NCBI GenBank assembly: GCA_013239625.1
Contig: MU053994.1
Span: forward strand, 3,043,589-3,107,588
Direction of reading: 5' to 3'
Length of the DNA stretch: 64,000 bases
DNA from: Lama guanicoe
Lineage: Eukaryota
The notes under the pieces were generated by a model. The model was given only the letters and a program-made list of their open reading frames with translations. It searched no databases and was not told the DNA's origin. How positions within the stretch are numbered: position 1 is the first letter of the stretch; each line of letters opens with the position of its first letter. Below are positions 1 through 13,710 of this stretch, one piece after another. The position numbers and the translations under genes are program-made.

Positions 1-930
1 CAATCAAAAACTGGGCAGAATGCCTAAACAGACTTTTCTCCAAAGAAGACATACCAAAAAGAACATGAAAACACACTCAATATTGCTAATTATTAGAGAA
101 ATGCAAATCAAAACTAAAACGAGGTATCACACCAGTCAGAACGGCCATCATCAAAAAGTCTACAAATAACAGATGCTGGAGAGGGTGTGGAGAAAAGGAA
201 CCCTCCTACACTGCTGGTGGGAATGTAGTTTGGTGCAACCTCTATGGAGGACAGTATAGAGGTTCCTTAAAAAACTAAAAATAGACTTACCATATGATCT
301 AACAATCCCACTCCTGGGCATATATCTAGAGGAAACTAATTTGAAAAGATACATGCACACCAGTGTTCATAGCAGCACTATTTATGATAGCCAAGACATG
401 GAAGTAACTTAAATGGCAACTGACAGATGACTGGATAGAGAAGCTGTGGTATATTTATACAATGGAATATTACTCAGCCATAGAAAATAATGAAATTATG
501 CCATTTGCAGTAACATGGATGGACCTAGAGATTATCATACTATGTGAAGTCAGTCAGATAGAGAAAGACAAATGTACATCACTTATATGTGGAATCTAAA
601 AAAAAATACAAATGAACTTATTTACAAAACAGAAATAACTCACAGACATTGAAAACAAAATTATGGTTACCAAAGGGGAAAGAGGGGGATAAATTAGGAG
701 TTTGGTATTAGCAGATACAAACTACTGTATATAAAATAGATAAACAACAAGGTCCTACTGTGTAGCACAGGGAACTATATTCAATATCTTGTAATAACCT
801 ATAGTGGAAAAAACCTTAAAAAGAATATATATATAAATATATTTTTAAACTCACTGAACTAACACAACACTGTAAATCAAATCACTGTAAATCACTGTAC
901 TTCAATAAATATTTTTTAAATTTTAAAAAA
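1..930 (+). mobile_element. LINE-1 3' end (end of ORF2, 3'UTR, A-rich tail), runs off the window start
   Basis: Typical L1 3' motifs (ccactcctgggcatatatc, catggatggacctagagattatcatac, gcacagggaactatattcaata) and an A/T-rich tail. Confidence 0.92.
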
Positions 931-1745
931 GGATTAAATTTCCACATGGGCAGATACACACTTAAAAAAAAAAACCCAGTGGTGTAAGTTAACAGTTTGG
1001 GGTGTTGTCCAGGATGAAATATAAAGTATACACAGAATGCCTTTTGCAAGGCAGTGGTGCTTCAAGGCTGGCCCAAGGGCTAACACTGGCCTGGCTGAAC
1101 AAGGAACATCTGGGGAAAAATCCAGCTTCTGGGTCCCACGCCTAGAAACTGGGTTTAGGTGTGACATGCCCAGGAATCTATAACATTGTTTAAAGTTCCA
1201 CATGTAACTTCAGTCAGGTTTGAAGACCATGTCCATAGTGCACTGCTGTTCTTTAAAAAAAAAAGCAGGGGAGGGTAGGTTGCCAAACTTCAAAACTACA
1301 GAGAAGCATACGGACAAATGCAACCCCCAGGTACCTATTACCCGGAATGGGCAATTTTCTACATATTTGCTTCAAGTATTATTTTCATTAAGAGAAATCA
1401 GGTATTATAATGAAGTCCTCATTTCTCCCCCGCCCATGCTCAGCCCCATCCCCTTCCCCGGCTTCAGAAGCCACCAGGGTCGTGACTCAGTATGTTTTTC
1501 AGGCGCAGTTTGTGCCGGTGCCAGGTGGTCAGCGCAGGCAGATCTTACTTAAGGAGCTCCAAGAAAAAAGAAAAGGATTTGGTAAATCCAGGAACACTGA
1601 CAATGTAGTGTGTGAGCAAAACGACCACAGCGCAGTATTTTCTAGGCAAAGGTTCAAAGGAATGGATGGTGTTTTTCCAGACGCGGTCATGGGGTTCTGG
1701 GTTAGAAATGGTTTTCTCCTCCACGGACGTGGGATATGACATGAC

Positions 1746-2626
1746 TACCGATGAAAGGAAGTTTCACAGGCAGAGGTCTGGGGACGTCATTCTGGCTTAT
1801 GATTTAACTCCAATCTGATGCCAACTCAAACAGCCTGCTTGTGGCCTGTCAAACATACGCTGCACATCTGCTTTAGTTGTTAAAGGAAAGGGCACACTGA
1901 CCAGAAGAACGTCCTTGTTAAGAATACAGAAAAAAGACAAATGAACTTACTTATAAAACAGAAACAGACTCCCAGACATAGAAAACAAACTTATGGTGAC
2001 CAGTGGGGTGAGGGGGTGGGAAGGGGTAAACTGGGAGTTGGAGATTTGCAGATGCTAATATATAGAAAATAGATAAACAAGTTTATACTGTACAGCACAG
2101 GGAACTATATTCAATATCATGTAGCAGCTTATGGTGAAAAAGAATATGAAAATGAATATATGTATGTTCATGTATGACTGAAGCACCGTGCTGTACACCA
2201 GAAATTGACACAACATTGTAAACTGACTATACTTCAATATAAATAAAAATAAAAAATAAAAAATTAAATTAAATTAAATTAAAATAAAATAAAATAAAAT
2301 AAAATACTAAAAGCCTCCCTTCCCGGGACGCCAATGCTGGTCCCCCTTCAATGATAAAACTCCCTTCCCAGGTGCCAAGGCCACACTGACTCGCTATGTA
2401 CGTGCTGACCTCACTTTTCTCTTAAACCTTGAAGGAATGTACCCCTGACTTGTTTGATGCCCTCTGTTCTGACATAATATAAAACTGTGCTAAAAACCAT
2501 GCTTTACGAGAGCAGTTCCTCAGAGTGACCTGAGAGGCTGTCTCCTGGGCTGCTGTCCTCAGTTTGACTCAAATAAAACTCTTTTCTATTCCTATTATAG
2601 ATTACTTATTGATTATTTTCATCAAA
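1746..2626 (+). mobile_element. ERV1-type solo LTR interrupted by an L1 fragment
   Basis: LTR-like body with TATA-like ataatataaaa (~2474) and aataaa (~2572); imperfect inverted ends gatgaaa/tttcatc; split by L1 at ~1928-2300. Confidence 0.6.
1928..2302 (+). mobile_element. 5'-truncated L1 3'UTR with (AAAAT)n tail inserted in the LTR
   Basis: L1 3'UTR motifs, simple-repeat tail, short flanking repeat aatac. Confidence 0.88.
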
Positions 2627-3750
2627 ACTGCCCTCCTCCATTTGTAAAACAAAATTTCTAGTCAGCTGACTTTTCCCACCTGTGGGAAGGGTCCCAAGAG
2701 CAAGAAGAGGAAGGTTTCTTTGTCAAATGTTCCTCGTAGAAAAGGAATGTACTGAGACCCAGCTTTGCATCTCCAGGCTTTAGTTCTGCCCAAGAGAACC
2801 CCTCTAGCTGTAAGGCTGCGATCCTGGCAGCCTGACTCTGCAATATTCCCCAAATAATGACAAATAAAATAGCACTTTAGCCGTCTGTTCGAGTCGGTGC
2901 ATTTGGCCTCTGGTGTTGATAAACCTGCTTCAATAAAAAGCAAAAACAAAGCCCAGAGTTTAGCAAAAAGCATGGTTGGGTGAGCAGCCAAAAGCAATCT
3001 CCATTTCGGAAAGAAACACAACTTCATTTATTTTTAGCCAAGATGTTTTGGGAACATGTGATCTGCTTTAGAGCAACAAATGCAGTGTGCTCTGGTGTCA
3101 CTCAAGGGCCCCCTCCTTTTTGAAGAGAAGCAAAGACAACGTGAGGGTGTCACAACCTCAGGGGTGTATCTTTATGTTTACATTTGGCTTTGTGGTTGAA
3201 ATTAGCAGTAAGAATCTTCTGGAACATCAGCCTAACTAGTTCACCACGGGATTCTTGGTAATGGTAATAGGAGACATTTTCACAGATGACCAATGGCAGT
3301 TAGCTTTGCTGTGTGTTGGCTTTGGCAAAATCCAGTGGAGGTTTTTTCCCGATTGATTTGTTTAATACTACCCCAAGATAGTATTATATTTATTGGCTCT
3401 TTCCTATAGAATAGGACAATATGAAAAAATCGGATTACTTCCTTCTCCGCCAGCAGTAGGACAGCCTTAATCCTCTTCATAATCGTATAAGGGAGGTAAA
3501 ATAGCCTCATTTTACACACAAAGAAATTTCAGCTCAAAGAGCTTAAATGACTTTTCTGGGGTTGCTCAGCAGGGAGAGAGAAAAACGAGAGATTGTTTTC
3601 TTTGTGTTAAACTATTGGCCAAATAAATAAAACAAACAGGAGGTAGCATTTTGAATGCGACTCTGTGGTTTATGAACAGTGCTGACAGCTGGGGCTCCTG
3701 TGTCATGTCTGTTGACTGTGTGATCTGTCAGCGTTTAATAATGAAATGTT

Positions 3751-3902
3751 CAATATCTTGTCACAATCTATAATGAAAAGGAATAGGAAAAGGAGTCTCT
3801 GTATGTATATGGATGACTGAAACACGATGCTGTATACCAGAAATTGACACAACATTGTAAACTGACTATACTTCAATTCTTAAAAAAGATAAACAAAAAA
3901 AG
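3751..3902 (+). mobile_element. Short 5'-truncated L1 3' end with TSD
   Basis: 11-bp TSD aatgaaatgtt at 3740-3750 and 3903-3913; L1 terminal motif aaattgacacaacattgtaaactgactatacttcaat. Confidence 0.88.
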
Positions 3903-5574
3903 AATGAAATGTTTCACCTGCAGCACTGGGGGCAGAAACAGACGGGTTAATTTCTTTGAAGAGATGGCTGGCATTTCACAGGCGTGCTTGGTACTCTTTG
4001 TTAATCAGTTCTACCCCCCGTAAGGTAACTGCCACATACCCAGAGGAGAGAATATTGAAGACATTTTTTGTCTAGAAACAGGTTATATGCTCTCTTCAAA
4101 GGAAACAAAGGAAAAATTGAGTTTTAAATTTACACAGTGTTGTATGTCAAATATATTTCAATGAAAACAACTGAGCTGCAGGGATTAAAGTTATTATTAA
4201 TAGATGATATTGGCAAGTAGATTCTAGTAAGCGTTGTATTTTTAAATCTGTGATCTTTTTCCCTTCTGCTTTCTAAATTTACTACCAGAGCAGAAAAATC
4301 TAATGAAATTGCAGAAAATTGGAAATGCAGAAGAGAAGTACAACTTCTGTAGCTTCCATGGCCTCTAATAAGCGCCACAAATTCCAGAGAAAGCGCCGCT
4401 CAGGATTTTTTTAAAATCATTTTTTAACAGCAAAAACCCATTTGAGGCAAGGCCTGGCAGACAACTGTATTTAGTCTTGCTATTCTTGCCTGAAACAGCA
4501 AGCGCAAGGAAATGAATTGGAAGCATCTCCTAGATCATGTGATTTCTTCAAGATTTCTATACCCTGTGTCTGTTCCTCCTCCGCTGTATCATTAATAAGT
4601 TCGCATATTTGACACCTTGCTAACTCCCTTACCCTCTGATTCTGTTTACAAGTCCCTCTGCACTAGGAGCGAGAGCACATTGGTAACTAAATAGTTAACA
4701 GTGCTTTCTCAAGGATTCTGGCCCAGGCAGTTTGAGTCCAGATGCAAATTTAGGTGCCTCAGCATCAAATGAATCACATTCTTTGTATCATAGCTTTGGT
4801 CACCAAGGGCCGACTTAAATGATTCAGTAAATAGAAGTGTCACCACAGTAATCGGAGTTATGTTCTGTATGTCAAAATCTGCCTGATAACACTTAAGCAT
4901 TTATTTTTATCACATATTTTTTAAAAAGCCTCCAAAAAGAGTGACTCCAGTCGGTTTGCTCTGGGCTCCCTTGAGGACCTCTTGGGAAGCCCTCGCTCCC
5001 TGGGGACAGCAGCTATTTTGAGCACTGGCCTTTATAGCTACACCTTAGAAAGCATCCGAGTTCTGACTGAAATGAACAGTTTGCAATATATTCACAACAA
5101 GCAGAATTCCTAATAAGCTGGTTTCCTGTAGTGGATCAAAACAAGCCTACTTGCTGGTAATAAATGATTTTAGGTGCTTCTATTTATCTAGACCTTCAGC
5201 CTGTCAACTAATTTTAGGATAGAAAATTAGAAAGCTGCCTCTGTGACTGGTTTTCAATTCTGCCGATATTAACATTTTAGTAACTGGCAAGCAGCACCCC
5301 CGGCTCATCAGCATAAATCTACTTGATTACACAGGCATGCTACCCTGGAAGAAAATATAAATACCCCCACAGGACTCAAAGCTATTTTCATTTGGAATGC
5401 AAATACATGCAGCCCATAAACATCATTTTTTTCCCCTAGATTGAATCTTGCAGTGGAAAATAAAGGTTGCTCACCACTAATGGAGAGATTTCTAGAAGCT
5501 ACAAGAGGTTCTTATTCGAGCAGTATGATTTCGAATTAGCCAAAGACCTCATGAATGCCTAACAAAGAAAACTG

Positions 5575-5895
5575 GGGAAGGGGACTGGAGTGCTGTCGGT
5601 CAAAGGGCACAAATAATGCAGTTATAAGAAGAGTAAGCTCTGAGGATGTAATGTACAACATGGTGACTGTAGTTAATAATATGGTACCGGATACTTGAAA
5701 GTTGATGAGAGTAGATCATAAGCATTCTCACCACACACACAGCAAAAAGACTTAACTATGATAACTATGTGAGGTGATGGATGTGTTAATTACCTTGATC
5801 TTGGTAATCATTCTACAACGTATATGTATATCAGGTAATCATGTTGTATACTTTAAATATATACAATTATATTTGTCAGTTATTTCCCAGTAAAG
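5575..5895 (+). mobile_element. Older L1 3'UTR fragment (L1MA9/10-like)
   Basis: Motifs attctcaccacacacac and atgtgaggtgatggatgtgttaattaccttgat. Confidence 0.8.
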
Positions 5896-7279
5896 GTTTT
5901 ATTTTTCTTTTAAAGCAAACTGGAAAACATCTATACTTCAATTTTTAAAAAGTAAACTGGGAAGAATAATTGAAGAAGGAAACAAATAACCAGATGGGAA
6001 GATTCCAGGGGCCCTGGTGGGGGGAATCAGGAAGGGGGTTTCTAAACCCTGGGCTGGTCCCCAAAGCTCATACTCTGAGGATTTGTCTGCTCAAAATGAG
6101 GAAGAATGAGAGAAATTGGGACAACTTAGTAAGATTTTTATAAAACTGAATTTGCTCCATTTAAAAGACTGTCCTATGAGATTATAGGATCTTTGCATCT
6201 TTTGACATTTAAATCTCCATCTTTGTATGATGATCATAGTAGTGGTGCTTATGTGTGTGTGTGTGTTTGTTTTTAATTTTCTAACTTGGTACAACACAAA
6301 GTTGGAAAGCCCCTTCAAGACCACAGGAGATATCTATTTCTCCTAAATTCATACAGTCAGAGAAGTATTAGTAAAATGAAGAAGCAGAGGAACCACTCCC
6401 AATGAAAAGAACAAGAGAAATCCTCTGAAAGAACAATGAAATAAGACCTCCCCAGTATACTAGATAGTGCGTTTAAAAAGGAGATAATAAAAATACTGAA
6501 GGAATTAAGAAAGGAAAGCAATAGAAATGCAGATTACTGTAAAAGGAAATAGAAACTATAAAGAGGATCCAATTAAAATTAAAAAACTCATTTCCCAAGA
6601 CAAAAGCCGAGCTAAAGGCAATAAATAGCAAACTAAATATTGCAGAAGAACAAATAAGGGATGTGGATGTTAGAATAATGGAAACCACCCAATCATTACA
6701 GCAGATGGAAAGACAAATTAAAAAAAATTACAGCAATACAGGGAACCTATGGGTTAATATAAAGTGACACAATCTATACATAATAGGGGCACTAGGAGAA
6801 GAAAGAGAAAAGGGGATCGAAAATGTACTTGAAGAAATTACAGTTGAAAATTTCCCAAACCTAAAGAAGGAAACAGACATTCAGGTACAGGAAACACAGA
6901 GGGTCCAAAACAAGATGAACCCAAACAGATCTACACTAAGACATGTTATAATTAAAATGGCCAAAGTTAAAGATGAAGAGAGGATTCTAAAGGCAACAAA
7001 AAACAAAGAATTAGTTACAAGAGAACTAAGGCTATCAGCTGATTTCTCTCCAGAAAGGTTGTAGGCCAGAAGGGAGTGGCAAGTTATATTCAAAGTCCTG
7101 AGAGGGAAAACCTACAACCTAGGATATTCTATGCAGCAAGATTATCTTTTAGAATAGAAGAAGAGATAAAGAATTTCTCAGATAAGCAAAAATTAAAAGT
7201 ATATAGCAACACTAAACCAATCTTAAAAGAAATATTGAAAGAATCTCTTGAAATAGAGAAGCAGCAAGAATCTATAGGA

Positions 7280-7413
7280 GGGGCAGGGTATAGCTCAGTG
7301 GTAGAGTGCATGCCTCGCATGCACAAGGTCCTGGATTCAATCCCCAGTACCTCCATTAAAATAAATAAATAAAATGTAAATAACCTCCCCCCCAAAAAAA
7401 ATTAAAAAAAAAA
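7280..7413 (+). mobile_element. tRNA-Ala-derived SINE (Vic-1-like)
   Basis: A box tagctcagtgg, B-box-like gattcaatcc, A tail, 14-bp TSD aagaatctatagga at 7266-7279 and 7414-7427. Confidence 0.92.
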
Positions 7414-8888
7414 AAGAATCTATAGGAAAGAGAAAATCACAATTGGAAAGTAAATCACTTAACTAAGCCAGTACATAGATTTTTTTTAAATTAAAAAAAA
7501 CTTTGTGAAAGAGATCATAACTAAAATGAACAGCAAAAGGAAAAACATGAAGATGTAAAAGATGACATCAAAATCATAAAATGTGGGGGACGATAGTAAA
7601 AATATAGATTTTTTTTTTAGAATGTGTTTGAGCCTATATGACTATCAGTCTAAAGCAAGTAGATATAGTAATGGGTCAAAATACTTGAAAACCAAAGTAA
7701 CCACAAATGAAAAACAGAGTAGATTCACAAAAATCAAAAAGAAGAGAACTGAAGCATAATACAAAAGAAAACCATCAAACCACAAAAGGAAAAGAAAAGA
7801 ACAAAGGAGAAAAAAATCAACTGGAAAACAAGGTTTAAAATGGCAATAAATACATATCTATCACCTTAAATGTCACTGGAACTAAATGCTCTGATCAAAA
7901 GACAGAGTGACTAACTAGATAAGAAAACAAGAACCTACAATATGCTGCCTAAAAGAGACCCACTTTAGAGCAAAGGACACACAGACTGAAAGTGAGGAGA
8001 GGGCAAAAGATATTTCATGCAAGTGGAAATGACCAGAAAGCGAGGATAGCAATATTCATATTCATATTAGACAAAATAGACTTTAAAACAAAAGCCATAA
8101 AGAAAGATAAAGAAGGACACTACAAAATAATAAAAGAATCAATACAAGAAGAGGATATTATACTCATTAACATATCAGCACCCAATAAGAGCACCTAAAT
8201 ACTTTAAACAGATACTAGCAGAGATAAAGGGAGAACCTGATGGGTATACAATAATAGTAGGAGACTTTAACACCCTACTGACATCATTGGACAGATCTTC
8301 CAGACAGAAAATCAATAAGGCAACAGAGATCCCAAATGACACAATAGAAGGGTTAGACTTAATTGATATTTTCAGGACATTACATCCCCAAAACCCAGAA
8401 TACATATTCTTTTTAAGTCCACGTGGAACATTCTCTAAGATAGACCACATAATAGGAGACAAATAAGCCTCAACAAATTTTAAGAGGATAGAAATTATTT
8501 CAAGTATCTTTTCTGACCACAATAACATGAAACTAGAAATTAACCATAGAAAGAGAAATGGGGGGGGGAATGATTACATGGAGACTAAACAACATGCTAC
8601 TAAAAACCCCAATGCATCAACAATGAAATCAAAGAGGAAATTTAAAAATACCTTGAGAGCAATGACAATGAAAACACAACCATACAAAATCTATGGGATG
8701 CAGCAAAAGTAGTCCTAAGAGGGAAATTCAGGGCAATGCAGGCCTTCCTCAAAAAACAAGAAAAAATTAAAAACAACCCAACTTACCACCTAAAGGAATT
8801 AGAAAAAGAAGACCAAACAAAACCTAAAGTCAGCAGAAGGAAGGAAATAATAAAGATCAGAGAGGAAGTAAATAAAATAGAGATTTTA

Positions 8889-9075
8889 TGCAGAATAGAT
8901 AAACAAGATTATACTGTATAGCACAGGGAAATATTACAAGATCTTGTTGCAGCTCACAGCAAAAAAAAAAAATGTGACAATGAATATATGTATGTTCATG
9001 TATAACTGAAAAATTGTGCTCTACACTGGAATTTGACACAACATTGTAAAATGACTATAATTCAATAAAAAAATA
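8889..9075 (+). mobile_element. Young 5'-truncated L1 3' end nested in the older L1
   Basis: Perfect 19-bp TSD aaataaaatagagatttta at 8870-8888 and 9076-9094; highly similar to copies at ~27.9, 49.8 and 55.9 kb. Confidence 0.92.
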
Positions 9076-9650
9076 AAATAAAATAGAGATTTTAAAAACA
9101 ATAGAAAAAAAAGAGTAAACAAAATCAACAAACCTCTGGCCAGGCTCACCAAGAAGAAAAGAGAGAGGACACAAACAAAATAAGAAATGAAAATGGAGAA
9201 ATTACAACCAACACCAAAGAAATACAAAAAGCCGTAAGAGAAGACTATGAACAATTATATGACAACAAATTGGACAATCTAGAAGAAATGGACAAGTTTC
9301 TAGAAACATACAGTCCACCAAAACTCAATCAAGAAGAAATAGATAATTTGAACAGACTGATCACTAGAAGTGAAATCAAATCAGCAATAAAAAGCCTCCC
9401 TTTAAACAAAAGTCCAGGACCAGATGGCTTCACTGGGGAATTCTATCAAACACACAAAGAAGAACTTATACTGATCTTTCTCAAACTCTTCCAAAAGAAT
9501 AAAGAGGAGTGAACACTCCCAAACTCATTCTATGAAGCCACCATCACCCTGATACCAAAACCAGACAAAGACTACCAAAAAAAGGAATTACAGGCCAATA
9601 TCTTTGATAAACATAGAAGCAAAAATTCTCAACAAAATATAAGCAAACCA

Positions 9651-9770
9651 GGGGGGAGGGTGTAGCTCAGTGGTAGAGTGCCTGCTTAGCATGCACAAGG
9701 TCCTGGGTTCAATCCCCAGTACCTACACTTAAATAAATAAATAAATAAATAAACTTAATTACCTCCCCCA
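9651..9770 (+). mobile_element. Vic-1-like SINE (no terminal A tail or TSD visible)
   Basis: ggggggagggtgtagctcagtggtagagtgcctgcttagcatgcacaaggtcctgggttcaatcccc. Confidence 0.92.
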
Positions 9771-10137
9771 CATCCAACAATACATAAAAAAGATTATACA
9801 CCATGATCAAGCAGGATTCATCCCAGGGTCACAAGGATGGTTCAACATATGCAAATCAATCAACATGATACACCACATCAACAAAAGGCAAAAACCACAC
9901 GATCATCTCAATAATTGCAGAAAAAGCATCTGATAAAACTCAATACCCATTTATGATAAAAACTCTTACCAAAGTGGGTATAGAGGGAACAGATATTAGC
10001 ATAATAAAAGCTATTTATAACAAACCCACAGCCAACATGATACTCATGGTGAAAAGCCGAAAGCCTTCCCGCTAAAATCTGGAACAAGACAAGGATGCCC
10101 ACTCTCACCACTTCTATTCAACATAGTCTTGGAAGTC

Positions 10138-10274
10138 GGAGGGAGGGTATAGCTCAATGGTAGAATGCATGCTTAGCATGCACGAGGTCCTGGGTTTAAT
10201 CCCCAGCACTGCCACTTAAAAAATAAACCTAATTACCTTCCTCACCAAAAAAAAAAATTTTTTTTAATGAATAC
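10138..10274 (+). mobile_element. Vic-1-like SINE
   Basis: SINE body; imperfect TSD caacatagtcttggaagtc (10119-10137) / caacataatattggaagtc (10275-10293). Confidence 0.9.
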
Positions 10275-12675
10275 CAACATAATATTGGAAGTCCTCACCA
10301 CAGCAATCAGACAAGAAATAAAAGGTATCCAAATTGGAAGGGAAGAGGTAAAACTGTCATTATATACAGATGACATGATACTATTTGTAGAAAACCCTAA
10401 AGATGCCATACAAAATCTACTAGAACAGATAAACGAACTCAACAAAGTAGCAGGATACAAGATTAACATACAGGAATCTGTTGCATTTATTTACACTGAC
10501 AGTGAAATATCAGAAAGGGAAAGTAAAAAACATTCCCTTTAAAAATTGCAACAGAAAAAACCCCAAAAACTTAGTAATAAACCTGACCAAGGAGGTGAAA
10601 GATTTCCATGCTGGGAACTATAAAACACTGATAAAGGAAATTGAAGATGATACAAAGAAATGAAATGATATCCCTTGCTCTTGGACTGAAAGAATTAATA
10701 TTGTTAAATGGCCATACTACCTAAAGCAATCTACAGAGTTAATGCAATCCCTATCAAATTACCTAGAACATTTTTCACAAAACTACAACAAATAATCCTA
10801 AAATTTATATGGAACCATAGAAGACCCAGAATTGCCAAAGCAATCCTGAGGAAAAAGAACAAAGCTGGAGGAATAACACCCCCAGACCTCAGAAAATACT
10901 ACAGAGCTAGAGTAATCAAACAGCATGGTAATGGCACAAAAACAGACAAATGGATCAATGGAACAGAACAGAGAGCCCAGAAATAAAATCAACCCACCTA
11001 CTGTCAATTTTTGACAAAGGAGGCAAGAACATACAATGGAGAAAAGACAGTCTCTTCAGCAAGTGGTGTTGGGAAAGCTGGACAGTTGCATGTAAAAATC
11101 AATGAAGTTAGAACACTCTCTCACACCACACACAAAAATAAACTCAAAATGGCTTAAAACTTAAACAAAAGACAGGACACCATAAATCTCCCAGAAGAGA
11201 ACATAGGCAAAACATTGTCTGAGATAAATCGCAGCAATGTTTTCTTAGGCCAGCCTCCCAAGGCAACAGAAACAAAAACAAAATCAAACTTATAAGCTTT
11301 TGCAGAGCAAAAGAAACCATAAACAAAATGAAAAGATAACCTGTGAACTGGGAGAAAATATTTACAAATGATGCAACTGACCAGGGCTTAATTTTCAAAA
11401 TATACAACAGCTCATGTAACCCAATAACAAAAAACAAACAACCCAATTAAAAAATGGGCAGAAGACTTAAACAGACATTTCTCCAAAGACGACATACGAA
11501 CAGGCACATGAAAACATGTTCAATATTGTTAATTATTAGAAAAATGCAAATCAAAACTAAAATCAGGTATCACACCAGTCAGAATGGCTATCACCAAAAA
11601 GTCTACAAATAACAGATGCTGGAGAGAAGAAACCCTCCTACACTGTTGGTGGGAATGTAAGTTGGTGCAGTCACTATCGAAAACAATATGAAGGTTCCCC
11701 AAAAAACTAAAAATAGAGTTACTGTATGATCCAATAATCCCACTCTTGGGCATATATCCAGAGAAAACAATTCAAAAAGATGCATGCACCCCAATGTCCA
11801 TAGCAGCACTAGTTACAATAGCCAAAACAGGGAAGCAACCTAAGTGTCCATTGATAGATGACTGGATAAAGAAGATGTGGTGTATGTATATATATGTATA
11901 CACATACATATATACATGTGTATAGGAATATCACACAGCCATAAAAAATGAAATGTCATTTGCAGCAACATGGATGGATCTAGAGATTATCATACTAAGT
12001 GAAGTAAGTCAGAAAAAGATAAACAAATACCATATGATATCACTTATATATGGAATCTAAAAAAAAAAAAGGACACAAATGAACCTATTAACAAAACAAT
12101 CAGAGACATAGAAAACAAACTTATGGTTACCAGGGCGTTGGGGAAGGGAGGTGAGGTAAATTGAGAGTTTGGGATTTGTAGATACTAATTACTATATATG
12201 AAATAGATAAACCACAAAGACCTACTGTACAGTATATGGAACTATATTTAATATTTTATAATAACCTATAATGGAAAAGAATTTGAGAAAGAGTATACAT
12301 ACATATGTATAACTGATTCGCTTTGCTGTACACCAGAACCTAACACAACATTGTAAATCAACTATACTTCAATTTAAAAAACAAAATAGGATCTAAAGAA
12401 AAAAAAAGTTGGCAAACCAATGTTGGTCCCTTTAAAATAAAAAAAAAAGTGAAACCTGGAAATCTGAGAGCAGCTTATGCACAGCATCTGTGTAAACGCT
12501 GAACTCCAAAGGAGGTGAATTCGATGGGATTGCTTGTGTTCACTGCAACAGCTGATTTAGAGTTGAGCAAAGAGCATGTTGGAACAGAGAGGACAGTGGT
12601 GGGTTTATTTTCTTTAGCTAGGGGAGTGGCCAGATCAAAGGATCCCAGGCCATTAAAATCCTACCTTGACACCGT

Positions 12676-12885
12676 TTGAAGTATAGTTGATTTACAGTGC
12701 TGTGGTTAGTTTCTGGTGTACAGCACAGTGATTCAGTTATACATATACATACATATATATTTCTTCTTTTCAGATTCTTTTCCATTATAGGTTATTACAA
12801 GGTATTGAATATAGTTCCCTGTGCTCTACAGTAGGACCCTGTTGTTTATTTATTCTGTACATAGTAGTTTGTATCAGCCAATGCA
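12676..12885 (-). mobile_element. L1 3'UTR fragment
   Basis: Reverse-complement L1 terminus (tgaagtatagttgatttacagtg ... aatatagttccctgtgct). Confidence 0.85.
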
Positions 12886-13264
12886 AGGTCGTATTTTCAA
12901 ACTGTCACATGTGTTCTCCCGTGTCCCCCACTTTCTAGCGTTTCCCACTGTTCCTGGCTGGTCCACCCTCTCATCATGGCAGTGACTAGACCAGTCTTAT
13001 TCTTTGCCTTAGGGATGTATTAACCGAAAACAGAAAAAGGAGCAGATTCTGGTGTTTGAGTTGTAAAGGCCTACCCCCTGAGAGAAAATAACTCTGGTGG
13101 ACCCCCTCTGTTTGCCTGATGAGTCCAAGCAACCCCAGATCACACAAAGGTTCCCTGGGCTGGGGAGGGCGGGGAGAGGAGGTAGGTGCCACAAGACCCA
13201 CTCACAGCCCAACAGCAGAGAGCACTGGACCCAGAGAGGCCCACAGATGATGGCAAGGCACAGA

Positions 13265-13710
13265 CATAAAGGCACACGTGCTTCTGTTCATGATCACCAA
13301 AAGGTGAAAACAGCCCGAGTACTCATCAACAGCCAAACAGATAAAAAAATTCGGTCTATTCACACAATGGACTATTATTTGGCCATAAAAAGGAATGAAG
13401 GACTGATACCTGCTACAACATGGATGCACTTTGGAAACATTATGTTGAGTGAGAGAAGCCAGACACATTATATGATTCCATCTATGTGAAATGTCCAGAA
13501 CAGGCAGATCCACAGGACAGAAAGTAGATAAATGGTTGCCTAGGGCTGAGGGACATAGGGAATGACTGCTAATGGGCACGGGTTTCCTTCTGGGGTGATG
13601 AAAATGTTCTGGAACTAGGTAATGCTGATGGTTGCACAACATTGTGAATATATTAAATGCTACTGAATTGTATAATTTAAAAATTGTCAAAATGGTGACT
13701 TTTACCCCAA
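13265..13710 (+). mobile_element. Old L1 (L1MB-like) 3' fragment
   Basis: cacacaatggactattatttggccataaaaaggaatgaag; gatggttgcacaacattgtgaatatattaaatgc. Confidence 0.85.

Larger units (their letters stand above)
6330..12408 (+). mobile_element. Near full-length but inactivated LINE-1 (ORF1 from ~6376, ORF2 from ~7840, 3'UTR, tail)
   Basis: ORF track gives L1 ORF1 pieces (LQPRIFYAARLSFRIEEEIKNFSDKQKLK) and ORF2 pieces ([34 protein letters not shown] core; [19 protein letters not shown]). Many stops and frameshifts, four nested insertions. Confidence 0.96.

Noticed and set aside
1545..1742. Minus-strand 65-aa ORF whose end overlaps a GTAAGA donor-like site
   Set aside because: No recognisable homology, no promoter or partner exon seen; compatible with chance
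7280..7355. tRNA-Ala-like sequence (and about nine similar copies) as tRNA genes
   Set aside because: They carry SINE tails and TSDs and diverge from each other, so they are tRNA-derived SINEs
7840..12010. Active L1 ORF2
   Set aside because: Fragmented by many stops, frameshifts and nested insertions
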